This document shows, in pieces, positions 9,345 through 18,386 of a stretch of DNA of 64,000 bases. The notes beneath the pieces were generated by a model. It was not told the DNA's origin. It saw only the letters and a list, made by a program, of their open reading frames with translations, and ran no database searches. Numbering within the stretch: position 1 is the first letter of the stretch; each line of letters opens with the position of its first letter. The translations under genes were made by a program, and so were the position numbers. Location: positions 248,001 to 312,000 of the IMG/VR virus record IMGVR_UViG_3300023184_000024; one strand, given 5' to 3'.

Positions 9345-10499
9345 ATGGCGTTTGGGCAGGATTTTCTTAAGGCCTTCTTTGGGAATGATTATCTCAAAGA
9401 TTATACGCATGCGAGCAAAACTTTTCGAACCGCTGGGTACGAAAATGCACCTCGCTACAAATTCCTTTTCCATGTGTACTTCAACATTAACACAAGTCAA
9501 GTGCCTGCCTTGCGAAATGTTTTTAGTACGCCCGAGACCTCAACAATCGGGCTACTAGTTAAAAACATCGAATTACCAAAATACAGAATCGAAACAGAAA
9601 CTCTTAATCAGTATAATAGAAAACGTATTATACAAAAAAAGATCAACTACGAACCAATAAACATTGCATTCCACGACGATGGCGGCGACTTAATACGTAC
9701 CATGTGGTATAACTATTACGCTTACTATTACAAAGATCCAAATCAACCGTACAGAGGACAAAGTGCCACCAATGGCGAAATGGGCATGAATGCTAATAGA
9801 ACACAAGGGTTTGATTATAATAATAGAGACATCTATTCCAATTCTAGATTTGTAAACGACTGGGGCTATGTAGGCGAAAGCTACAGTGACGGAACAAACG
9901 GAACCACTGGTAGCGTATCTGGCAAGCCACCATTTTTTAGAGACATTTCAATTTATGGATTTAACCAGCATAAATTTGTTGAATATGTTTTGATCAATCC
10001 AATGATCAATGAATGGCAACACGACACCTATGACTACAGTCAAGACTCTGGAGTCATGGAAAATAAAATGACAGTGAGTTATGAAACTGTGAAATATTAC
10101 AGTGGCGGCATAGGTGCTGTTCGGCCCGATACCAATGCACAAGGATTTGCTGACCCAAACTATTACGACCAGACCAAGAGCCCGTTGTCAAGACCCGGCG
10201 GTACACGAAGTATATTGGGTCAAGGCGGATTGTTGGATGCTGGTATTGGAATATATGAAGATTTGCAGACAGGCAGTGTGGCCGGAGTTGTCGGAGCAGT
10301 ACAGAAAGCTGGCACTGTTTACAATACCTTTAAAGGGGCTAACCTCAAGGCTGTGGTAGGTGAAGAGGCAAATCAAGCATTAAAAGGTGTATTACGTAAC
10401 AATATTCCGGCGGCAGCAAGAAATACATCAATTGTCAATGGACAAACAACGCAACAATTGTTAAATTTTCCAGTGTTCAATAAACCACCAAAAGGCTGA
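9345..10499 (+). CDS. Tail-tube-fold baseplate protein (gp48/gp54-like)
   Basis: ELPKY...LNQYNRKRI.QKKINYEPINIAFHDD resembles the tube fold; position directly after the tube gene. Confidence 0.55.
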   Translation: MAFGQDFLKAFFGNDYLKDYTHASKTFRTAGYENAPRYKFLFHVYFNINTSQVPALRNVFSTPETSTIGLLVKNIELPKYRIETETLNQYNRKRIIQKKINYEPINIAFHDDGGDLIRTMWYNYYAYYYKDPNQPYRGQSATNGEMGMNANRTQGFDYNNRDIYSNSRFVNDWGYVGESYSDGTNGTTGSVSGKPPFFRDISIYGFNQHKFVEYVLINPMINEWQHDTYDYSQDSGVMENKMTVSYETVKYYSGGIGAVRPDTNAQGFADPNYYDQTKSPLSRPGGTRSILGQGGLLDAGIGIYEDLQTGSVAGVVGAVQKAGTVYNTFKGANLKAVVGEEANQALKGVLRNNIPAAARNTSIVNGQTTQQLLNFPVFNKPPKG

Positions 10500-10504
10500 T
10501 ATAC

Positions 10505-10864
10505 ATGGGTTCGATCAACGAATTTAATCCCAAGATTGATCAGACTGTTCAAGTCTACGATAACTTTTATAACTTTGGCATCGAAGTTGACGCCAATGAA
10601 TATGACGTAGTAAACAGTTTTTTTCAATCTGTTACTAAATCAAAAAAAACTGCCGAAAGTTTTACAACATCTATTTTTAGGATATCCAGTGAAACCAATG
10701 TTCCAGTGCTGACAATACTTGAACAACTCAATGGGCAAACTGAGATGGAACTAAATGTTACGTTGGCATACTACCTCAATGGTCTGCGTAGCCCAAGCAC
10801 TTTATTAGGTGTTAATCAAATTTACATACCCAACTACTACGCCGCACGAAACGTTTTATTATGA
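10505..10864 (+). CDS. Hypothetical protein in the tail/head module
   Basis: 119-aa ORF, ATGA-coupled to gp4. Confidence 0.75.
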   Translation: MGSINEFNPKIDQTVQVYDNFYNFGIEVDANEYDVVNSFFQSVTKSKKTAESFTTSIFRISSETNVPVLTILEQLNGQTEMELNVTLAYYLNGLRSPSTLLGVNQIYIPNYYAARNVLL

Positions 10865-11292
10865 GTAAGTTTGCGCAGGGAATCTATAAAGTACTCAACC
10901 CTACCAAATATGTTGGTAAACGAGAGCCAAGATATCGTAGCGGATGGGAACAAGCTTTTATGAGATTCTGTGACAACAACGATAATATACTACAATGGGC
11001 CAGCGAGTCTATTGTGATACCGTATAGACATCCGTTAACAGGCAAAACAACCAATTACATTCCGGATTTTTTCATAACTTATAGAACAAAACACAACAAA
11101 ATGTGTGCTGAAGTCATTGAAATTAAACCTAAAAAGCAAAGTGTAATTGAAAGCAAAATGCGTGACGTTGACAAAGCAATCGTGGCCGTCAATTACGCAA
11201 AATGGGATGCCGCACAAAAATGGTGTAAACGGCAAGGCCTTGTGTTTCGAGTCATCACCGAAGATGACATATTCCGCAATGGTTCTAAATAA
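10861..11292 (+). CDS. gp4: Head completion nuclease (T4 gp4-like)
   Basis: NPTKYVG..P.YRSGWE...WASE...Y.PDF...EIKP. Confidence 0.85.
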   Translation: MSKFAQGIYKVLNPTKYVGKREPRYRSGWEQAFMRFCDNNDNILQWASESIVIPYRHPLTGKTTNYIPDFFITYRTKHNKMCAEVIEIKPKKQSVIESKMRDVDKAIVAVNYAKWDAAQKWCKRQGLVFRVITEDDIFRNGSK

Positions 11293-11306
11293 GCGGTAAA
11301 TACCGC

Positions 11307-11903
11307 ATGACCCGAAAAATTTATCTTTATAAAAAGACACACCAGATTACAGGATTGCAATACTTAGGTAAGACTATTGCTAACGATCCCTACGTCTACC
11401 CGGGATCGGGCGTATACTGGACCAGGCATTTAGAAATGCATGGTAATAATGTCAAAACTGAAATACTCCGCGAATGTCTAACAGAAGAAGAACTTAAAAA
11501 GTGGGGATTGTATTACAGTAAACTATGGAATGTAGTCAAAAGTGATCAATGGGCCAACTTAATAGAAGAGGCAGGCCCAGGTGGTGCTTGGTCAAACAAA
11601 TCAAAACAAAAGTTGAGTCAGACTAAAAAACAAGAACTAGCAAAACTAACTCCTGAAGAAAAATTAGCAAGGATGAGAAATTCTTGCTGTGCACCTAACA
11701 GTTATACCCCCGAACGTATTAATAATATGAAAAAGGGGATGACCGGTAAAAAGAAAACTAAAACGCCTAAGTTATTGGCTGCAATTGCGGCAAGAAAAGA
11801 CAGAAGCATTGATAATATGCGTAAAGCCGCTGACAACCACCGTGGCAAAACTTGGAAACTTGTTAATGGTAAACGAGTTTGGATGATAAAGGATTCATTA
11901 TGA
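11307..11903 (+). mobile_element. Free-standing GIY-YIG (Seg-like) homing endonuclease gene
   Basis: IYLYKKT...YLGKT, Y.GSG..W, basic C-terminal tail ending GKTWKLVNGKRVW; lies between gp4 and the terS candidate. Confidence 0.75.
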
Positions 11904-12412
11904 CCCGGAAGTTAGAGGAGTTGTTTAACCTGCACACAGCAGAGCCCGATGGCACACTAGATAGCCCAGATAGTGAGTCAGGTAACGACATTGTTGACAA
12001 TCTTCCCACTGTCCCGGACTCCCTTTCTGCACTAGATGCGCTAGATAAAATAGAACAAGCATTGCCTGCAGTGCGAGGTCTAGAAGCCAGTGACAAAGAA
12101 ATGGATGATTTGGCATCAAAAGCCACAGAGAGTTTTGATAGTCTCATGGATCTTGGCATGCAGGTTGACAGCAGATACGCCAGCGAAATTTTTGCAGTTG
12201 CTGGAGCCATGCTGGGTCATGCTATCACTGCTAAAAATGCCAAGCTTAACAAAAAACTTAAAATGATTGAGTTACAGTTAAAAAAAGCCAAACTTGATCA
12301 AGATTTGGACAGTGATGATAAATTACCCACCGCAGAAGGCACAGTGTTAGATCGCAACGATTTGTTAAAACGCTTGCTGGAAAAAAATAACACCAACCCA
12401 TCAAAATCATAA
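11900..12412 (+). CDS. Probable terminase small subunit (gp16-like)
   Basis: Start corrected to the ATG at 11900 (MTRKLEELF). Helical/coiled-coil protein ending GTVLDRNDLLKRL; terL lies 6 kb downstream. Confidence 0.55.
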   Translation: MTRKLEELFNLHTAEPDGTLDSPDSESGNDIVDNLPTVPDSLSALDALDKIEQALPAVRGLEASDKEMDDLASKATESFDSLMDLGMQVDSRYASEIFAVAGAMLGHAITAKNAKLNKKLKMIELQLKKAKLDQDLDSDDKLPTAEGTVLDRNDLLKRLLEKNNTNPSKS

Positions 12413-12442
12413 CTGCGCTAAATATATGCATAGGACCTTAAC

Positions 12443-13042
12443 ATGAAAACATTTGCTCAATATCTAACCGAAAGTGTACAAACTTTTGATTATAGAATTA
12501 AAATCATTGGTGAGTTGCCACCAGGATTTATCAAAGACCTCAAGGAAAAACTAAAAAAGTTTGACCCAGTATCTGTTTCAGATCCAAAGTCGACACCAAT
12601 CTTAAGCAAGCACCCAGACTTTCCAGATTTTGCCAACGAAGCAGTCAACATCATTGATGCAACTTTTAAGTATCCAGCTACCCCACCCCAATTAGAGCAA
12701 ATGGTTAGATTAATGGGTCTTGATCCTAATAGAGTTGCCATGGTGCAAAAAGACTATGCTGAAGGCATGGACAAAGAACTCGTGGGCATTGCAGATCAAA
12801 CAGACTTGTTGACCACTGATTATCCTGCTCCTGATGCTGAACAAAAGAAGTTGAAGAAAGATTACTCTGCTGCCGCCGCTGACAAACAGGTAGTGAAAAA
12901 TTCAGCAGCCGACGCCAAGTTCACTGTAGCTGGTGGCAAAACACCTCCAGCTATGACCAGCAACGATTTACCAATGGGTATTAAAAGCCCAATGACCGCA
13001 GTTAAACGCCCACCCAAGCCAGCAACTGGCTTCCAGAAATAA
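12443..13042 (+). CDS. Putative prohead core/internal protein
   Basis: MKTFAQYLTES N-terminus (L-x-E); TAAATA at 12419. Confidence 0.6.
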   Translation: MKTFAQYLTESVQTFDYRIKIIGELPPGFIKDLKEKLKKFDPVSVSDPKSTPILSKHPDFPDFANEAVNIIDATFKYPATPPQLEQMVRLMGLDPNRVAMVQKDYAEGMDKELVGIADQTDLLTTDYPAPDAEQKKLKKDYSAAAADKQVVKNSAADAKFTVAGGKTPPAMTSNDLPMGIKSPMTAVKRPPKPATGFQK

Positions 13043-13052
13043 GGAAACAACA

Positions 13053-14819
13053 ATGACATTTTTTTACGACTTAAACAAAAAGCTTGATAGTATTCGTGCC
13101 AAGCCCGAAACTACACACACGCAACTCAACGAGCGTGACATGAGCCGTGCTGCCAAAGGCTACGAAAAGTACGGCAAACAAGGCATGGAGGCCTTGGCCA
13201 AGGCTGGTCGCGAAGGCAAAGCATTGGATCCAATCCGTGCCAAATACAACAAGTACGACAACGAAGTTGATGAAAGCATGGCTATGACTGACGAAGGCAA
13301 TGCGTTTTTGGGTGCAGTAGCAAAAGCCAAAGCTGACGGAATACAACCCGGCGAAAAAATTCGTGTAGGTGGCAAAGAAATGCCACTCAAAGAAAAAATG
13401 AGCCCAGCCAAACAAAAGTCATTTGCTAAACTTGCTCCACCAGCAGACAAAATTACTTTTGCCGACAAAATTGCTGGCGCTAAAAAAGAAGTTGACGAAA
13501 TGCTGGGCGATGTTGCTGCCGAAGCCATGAAAAAAGCACTGGGCGGTGGCATGGGTCGTAGTGCTGAAATGGAAGAAAAAGAAGATCTTAATCCATTTAC
13601 AAACTACAAAAAGCCACGTGCTGACCGACCCAAAGTTGGCTCAATTGAACACGGTACATTGCACGACATTGAGCACACGGCAACTGGTCGTCGAGTAACA
13701 CGTAGAGTTGATCCCAATACTGGACACAGTGTAGGTGCTGACGATGACACTCCGCAGACTGGAGAAAAGCGTGGCAAAGGCCGTCCCAAAGGCACAGGCA
13801 AAAGCATTGGCGCTAAAGGGCCTAGCGGCAACAGCAAGTTAATGAAACGTGAAGACGAGCACGATGTTGAAGATCAAGGCGAATATGATCAAGAAGGCGA
13901 TATGGCCAAAGACGACATCAAGACCATTGTTCGTCATGCGCAGGCCTTGAGCAAAGTATTGGGCGACAACGACAACTTACCCGAGTGGGTGCAATCAAAG
14001 TTGGCCAAGATTGAAGGCATGATGATTTCCATCGATGAATACATGCAGAATCAAGCCGGGGATAATGAAGAAGAACCCATTGCTGAAAAAGCAGTGAGCA
14101 AGAAGCAACAAAAATTCATGGGCATGGTACACGCCACACAAAAGGGTGCAAAGCCGGCAAGTAAAGAAGTTGGCAAAGCGGCCAAGTCAATGGGCAAGAA
14201 AGATGCTGAAGATTTTGCAAGTACCAAGCACAAAGGCTTGCCAGAAAAGAAAGCCAAGAAAAAAGAAGAGTCTGTGGAAGAAAACACAGTGGCTGGTTCA
14301 GTGGCCACATCATCAGGCACAGCCAACGACCCGGGCGCACCCAAAGCCAAGAAGAGTGGTGGTAGCATGTCGTTTGGCCAAGGTGTGTACGAAGGTGCAA
14401 TTGCCGAAAGCTTTAACAAAAAGCTTGGTGCTGTGTTAACGGAAGGTATGAATGTTAATATGAGCACTGATTCAGAAGGCCATCAAAGCTTGACTGTGAC
14501 AGCCACTGACGAAGATGCAGCCGCACTAGCTGATATGTTAAAAATGGCCGGACTTGGGCAAAATGAATCATGCAGTTCTTGTGGGCAGAGCCCATGTGGC
14601 TGCGACCACATTGATGAAGAACTTGCAAACAGTCCCAACACTGAGTACAGCAACACTGACACCATGGTCAACACACTGAGTGGTGGATTAAACGGTCGCA
14701 AGAGCACTGGTCAGACAGTTCTTGCTCCGGTTAACAGTCAGACGTCTCGTCAAGGCCCGATGTCCGAATCTAACGAAAAACGCCTCTGGGAGTTGTATAA
14801 TAGATACGAAACAAAATAA
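13053..14819 (+). CDS. Modular, highly charged internal head/core protein, 588 aa
   Basis: About ten [ILVM]-x-E sites (QLNE, VDES, LKE, IAEK, VYEG, IAES, LTEG, IDEE) separating short K-rich or acidic modules. Confidence 0.6.
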   Translation: MTFFYDLNKKLDSIRAKPETTHTQLNERDMSRAAKGYEKYGKQGMEALAKAGREGKALDPIRAKYNKYDNEVDESMAMTDEGNAFLGAVAKAKADGIQPGEKIRVGGKEMPLKEKMSPAKQKSFAKLAPPADKITFADKIAGAKKEVDEMLGDVAAEAMKKALGGGMGRSAEMEEKEDLNPFTNYKKPRADRPKVGSIEHGTLHDIEHTATGRRVTRRVDPNTGHSVGADDDTPQTGEKRGKGRPKGTGKSIGAKGPSGNSKLMKREDEHDVEDQGEYDQEGDMAKDDIKTIVRHAQALSKVLGDNDNLPEWVQSKLAKIEGMMISIDEYMQNQAGDNEEEPIAEKAVSKKQQKFMGMVHATQKGAKPASKEVGKAAKSMGKKDAEDFASTKHKGLPEKKAKKKEESVEENTVAGSVATSSGTANDPGAPKAKKSGGSMSFGQGVYEGAIAESFNKKLGAVLTEGMNVNMSTDSEGHQSLTVTATDEDAAALADMLKMAGLGQNESCSSCGQSPCGCDHIDEELANSPNTEYSNTDTMVNTLSGGLNGRKSTGQTVLAPVNSQTSRQGPMSESNEKRLWELYNRYETK

Positions 14820-14840
14820 TTATAGTAAAAGGAAAATAAA

Positions 14841-15116
14841 ATGCCGCAAGCAAATGTATACACCTCTGCATCAGCACAGGTAATTTATACCGACAAAGTG
14901 AGAATTGTTGCCGGCACTAGCCCAGTGACCTTTCAGGTGGATGTATTGTACCCGTCGGCAATTGGCAATTTATATTCTAATCCTCCTTCGGTTCCGGCCA
15001 ACAACCGCATGGATGTGTTTGTAGGAGTTGGGAATAAACTCACATTGGTCGGGACAGCAACTATTACTGAAATAGGAACTACCACCTCAGGCAAGTACGC
15101 AGTAAGACAAGTTTAA
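14841..15116 (+). CDS. Hypothetical small beta-rich protein (possibly virion)
   Basis: 91-aa ORF with AAGGA RBS in the late block. Confidence 0.7.
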   Translation: MPQANVYTSASAQVIYTDKVRIVAGTSPVTFQVDVLYPSAIGNLYSNPPSVPANNRMDVFVGVGNKLTLVGTATITEIGTTTSGKYAVRQV

Positions 15117-15120
15117 TTTA

Positions 15121-15492
15121 ATGAGAGCACGTGAATTCATTGCGGAAAGAGATGGCACCATAGGCAAACGAAGACAAGCTGCCACTGTGGGGCTTAACAC
15201 GTTTGGCGACTCTGAACGGCAAAACAGTGACTATACTCTCAACCGAGTGATGATGGCAGCGGCCTGCGCTGACGGAACAAACAAACCCATTGACATGGAT
15301 GCCAACAGTTGGGTTGGCAAAAAACGTTCTGCACATCCTTACACCAAAGTTGAACAAAACATGCTCAAACAGGCCTTCAAAGCCGCAGGCGCAAACTGGA
15401 AAGATTTAAACCACGGTGACCTGGACTCAGAAGAACATCCTGCAGTTAACACCACAAGCCCTGTGGTAAGCTTCAAGGGCTATCCAAGATGA
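15121..15492 (+). CDS. Hypothetical protein, tandem paralogue A
   Basis: Starts MRAREFIAE, ends SPVVSFKGYPR. Confidence 0.8.
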   Translation: MRAREFIAERDGTIGKRRQAATVGLNTFGDSERQNSDYTLNRVMMAAACADGTNKPIDMDANSWVGKKRSAHPYTKVEQNMLKQAFKAAGANWKDLNHGDLDSEEHPAVNTTSPVVSFKGYPR

Positions 15493-15878
15493 GAGCTCGC
15501 GAGTTTATCACAGAACAAGCTGCCCAGTTGCCGGCTGAGCAAGCTGATCCCATGCGCTATACCTATGTAATTCCTGGACTCAGTGCATCAGACCCTTATA
15601 ACAACTATAGATTTGGGGTGGCACTGGCACGAGCAAGAAGTGAAGCTGTCAAAGATGGAGTAAACCCCAACCTGCCCGAGTGGCATGATGAAACTGCATT
15701 TGGTGAGCATGGTATTGTGGCTGGAATGAACCCAGGTATTGCGCAATTAATAGACGCCGCATTGTCAATGACCAAAACACCCGGCGGTAAACGAATGGTT
15801 TCTACTCCCGCAAGCACAGAGCCTGGCTTTGTAGACACACAAAGTCCTATCAAGGCATTTAAAGGCTATCCCCGATAA
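15489..15878 (+). CDS. Hypothetical protein, tandem paralogue B
   Basis: Starts MRAREFITE, ends SPIKAFKGYPR; ATGA overlap with paralogue A. Confidence 0.8.
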   Translation: MRAREFITEQAAQLPAEQADPMRYTYVIPGLSASDPYNNYRFGVALARARSEAVKDGVNPNLPEWHDETAFGEHGIVAGMNPGIAQLIDAALSMTKTPGGKRMVSTPASTEPGFVDTQSPIKAFKGYPR

Positions 15879-17461
15879 TGGCAACACCTGATCCAACCCA
15901 AGTAGCACCATGGTATCTAAGAAATATCAATCAAGCTCTAGCACTCGATGAAGCAAGTGGTAATGTGTATGTACGCACTGGGTTCGAAGGCGACATTATC
16001 ATTAGTGGTAATGTTAACATTCCGGGCAACATTGACGCACACATCTCAGAAATAGGCACATCAGGTAACTTAACAGTACCTTGGATGCCAGTCAGCATAG
16101 ACGGTAATAGTGCTGTAACTGTAACAAGCGGTAATATCACAGTTGCTCAGGGAACAAGTCCTTGGGTTGTGTCTGGCAATGTCAACGCTAATATCACTGG
16201 TGGTAACATCACTGTAGCTCAAGGCACTAACCCTTGGGTTGTGTCTGGCAATGTTGTAACTACGTTATCGGGCTCCCCGCAAGTGACACTTGGCGGCAAT
16301 AATCTAGACGCATTTGCAAGATTGCGTGTTTCTAATCCATACACATTCTTTGATTCAGCACTAACGGGTGATCGTAGATATGATTGGTCAAGTTCTACTG
16401 CCACTAGTGGTAATGTAACATTTGACTATAACGCCAATGTCAGAAACTTAAATGTAACTGCGGCAAGCGGTAGTGAAGTTATCCGTGAAAGTATTTGGTG
16501 CTTCCCTTATCAAGCAGGTAAGAGTTTACTAGTAATGTCAAGTTTCTGTATGTCACCTAGCAAGACAGGATTAAGACAACGAGTTGGATACTTTGGCGCA
16601 AGCAATGGCGTATATTTTGAGCAGGCTAATGGCACTAAGAACCTAGTTATTCGTTCAAGCAGTTCAGGTAGTTTAGTAGAAGAAAGAATCGCACAAATAG
16701 ATTGGAATACTGATAAACTAAATGGCACTGGCCCAAGTGGATTAACATTAGATACAAGTGCCACACAGATTTTCTGGTGTGACATTGAATGGTTGGGCGT
16801 AGGCACAGTTCGCACTGGATTTGTCATCAACGGTCAGTTCATTACTTGCCACACCTTCAATCACGCAAACGACCCGGCATTCACTACAACATATATGGGT
16901 AGTGCTACATTACCTTGTAGATATGAAATAACTAATACGGGTGCTACATCAGGCGCAAGCACGATGAAGCAAGTCTGTACCACTGTTATTAGTGAAGGTG
17001 GGTACAATATGCCAGCATTAACAAATACTGCTGGTACTGACATAAATGTTAAGCGATTGGCAACTGCTGGCACATACTATCCAATAGTAAGTATCAGATT
17101 GAATAGTTCATATTTGAATAGTGTTGTAAAAGTTAATCAAGTTGATTTATTAAGCCCTACTGTTAACTACTATCGTTGGGTATTATTGCGTAATGCTACA
17201 CTGACCGGTGCAACTTGGGCAGGAACAGGATCTACCACAAGAGTAGATGTTGACACAGCCGCAACAGCAGTTAGTGGTGGAACGCCAGTTCAAAGCGGAT
17301 ATGCAAGTTCAAGAGAAGTGGCTCAACTTCAGGCTGAAAATATATATGCTCAGTTAGGTAGAACATTGGCAGGAGTAAGTGATACTTACACTTTGGCAAT
17401 AACAGCAACTTCAAACAATGCTGATTTGTTAGCACAACTTGGTTGGCAAGAAATACTTTAA
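15878..17461 (+). CDS. Putative virion structural protein (beta-rich, T/S/G-rich)
   Basis: Repeated GNITVAQGT.PWVVSGNV; DAFARLRVSNPYT.FDS segment; composition typical of surface proteins. Confidence 0.6.
   Translation: MATPDPTQVAPWYLRNINQALALDEASGNVYVRTGFEGDIIISGNVNIPGNIDAHISEIGTSGNLTVPWMPVSIDGNSAVTVTSGNITVAQGTSPWVVSGNVNANITGGNITVAQGTNPWVVSGNVVTTLSGSPQVTLGGNNLDAFARLRVSNPYTFFDSALTGDRRYDWSSSTATSGNVTFDYNANVRNLNVTAASGSEVIRESIWCFPYQAGKSLLVMSSFCMSPSKTGLRQRVGYFGASNGVYFEQANGTKNLVIRSSSSGSLVEERIAQIDWNTDKLNGTGPSGLTLDTSATQIFWCDIEWLGVGTVRTGFVINGQFITCHTFNHANDPAFTTTYMGSATLPCRYEITNTGATSGASTMKQVCTTVISEGGYNMPALTNTAGTDINVKRLATAGTYYPIVSIRLNSSYLNSVVKVNQVDLLSPTVNYYRWVLLRNATLTGATWAGTGSTTRVDVDTAATAVSGGTPVQSGYASSREVAQLQAENIYAQLGRTLAGVSDTYTLAITATSNNADLLAQLGWQEIL
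16130..16256 (+). repeat. Intragenic tandem repeat of about 72 bp (2 copies)
   Basis: GNITVAQGTSPWVVSGNV and GNITVAQGTNPWVVSGNV; ccttgggttgtgtctggcaatgt is present twice. Boundaries approximate. Confidence 0.8.
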
Positions 17462-17467
17462 TAACAC

Positions 17468-18277
17468 ATGAAAAAACTTTTAATTTCCTTACTACTGGTA
17501 TCCTCACAGGCCTGGGCCTGGGAACAACGTGCCCCACTACCACCACAAGCCTGTCAAGTACACAGCCCATATGGCTTTGCCCAAACAAAAAGACCAACTC
17601 AGCCCATTTGTCGCGAAGCATATCTAGTGGCATATGACGCTCCTGTAAAGATTCCTGCGTATGTTGCTTATACATTAACACCTCCAAATGCACTGGGATG
17701 CTGGCCAAGAACAAATGCTTTTGTAGCTGATCGTTCAGTACAAGGTGGTGCTAGACCAGATGACTATGCCGGTACAGGCTACGACAAAGGTCATGCTGCC
17801 CCCGATGGTGATTTATCTTGGAGTGAGATTGTTGAGTACGAATCGTTCTTGATGACCAACATGTATCCACAACACGGATCACTTAATCGCGGTATTTGGA
17901 AACTGTTAGAGACGTCTATAAGAGGTTGGGCAGTGCAACTTAATCAGTCTTTTACCATCTACGTTGGCGCATTGTATGGCGCTGGCGACGAGTCGATTGG
18001 CAACGGTGTTATTGTGCCACACGGCTTTTACAAGATTGTGATCAACAATGCTACAAAAGAAATTGCAGGATGGAGTTTTCCCCACACCAAACCCTATGTT
18101 AACCTTGGCAACGACTTAACCAGCTTCCGTACAATGATTTCTAACATTCAAAGTCAAGCAGGTGTGCAATTTAAGTTTCCCAAGAACGCAAAAGAAATTA
18201 CCCCAGGCACTGAATGGCCTGTGAATTACGGCGCATTGACCAATGCAAAACGTGCCAAATGTGGCCGTGCCGACTAA
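17468..18277 (+). CDS. DNA/RNA non-specific endonuclease (NucA/Serratia family) with signal peptide
   Basis: YDKGH, MTNMYPQ...NRGIW..LE; N-terminus MKKLLISLLLVSSQAWA. Confidence 0.88.
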   Translation: MKKLLISLLLVSSQAWAWEQRAPLPPQACQVHSPYGFAQTKRPTQPICREAYLVAYDAPVKIPAYVAYTLTPPNALGCWPRTNAFVADRSVQGGARPDDYAGTGYDKGHAAPDGDLSWSEIVEYESFLMTNMYPQHGSLNRGIWKLLETSIRGWAVQLNQSFTIYVGALYGAGDESIGNGVIVPHGFYKIVINNATKEIAGWSFPHTKPYVNLGNDLTSFRTMISNIQSQAGVQFKFPKNAKEITPGTEWPVNYGALTNAKRAKCGRAD

Positions 18278-18281
18278 GAAC

Positions 18282-18363
18282 ACCCTTAGGACCGCACTAG
18301 TTGCGAGGGTACCCGGCTGCTGGGTTGGCCAAGCGATTCGCTACCGCAAAGTCTAAAGTGAGC
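18282..18363 (+). ncRNA. Candidate structured, pseudoknotted non-coding RNA upstream of terL
   Basis: About 58% GC (48/82) in an otherwise AT-rich intergenic context; three stems and two possible pseudoknots (see findings); no U-tract. Confidence 0.5.
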
Positions 18364-18386
18364 ATTAATATCAGTTAAATATTACT

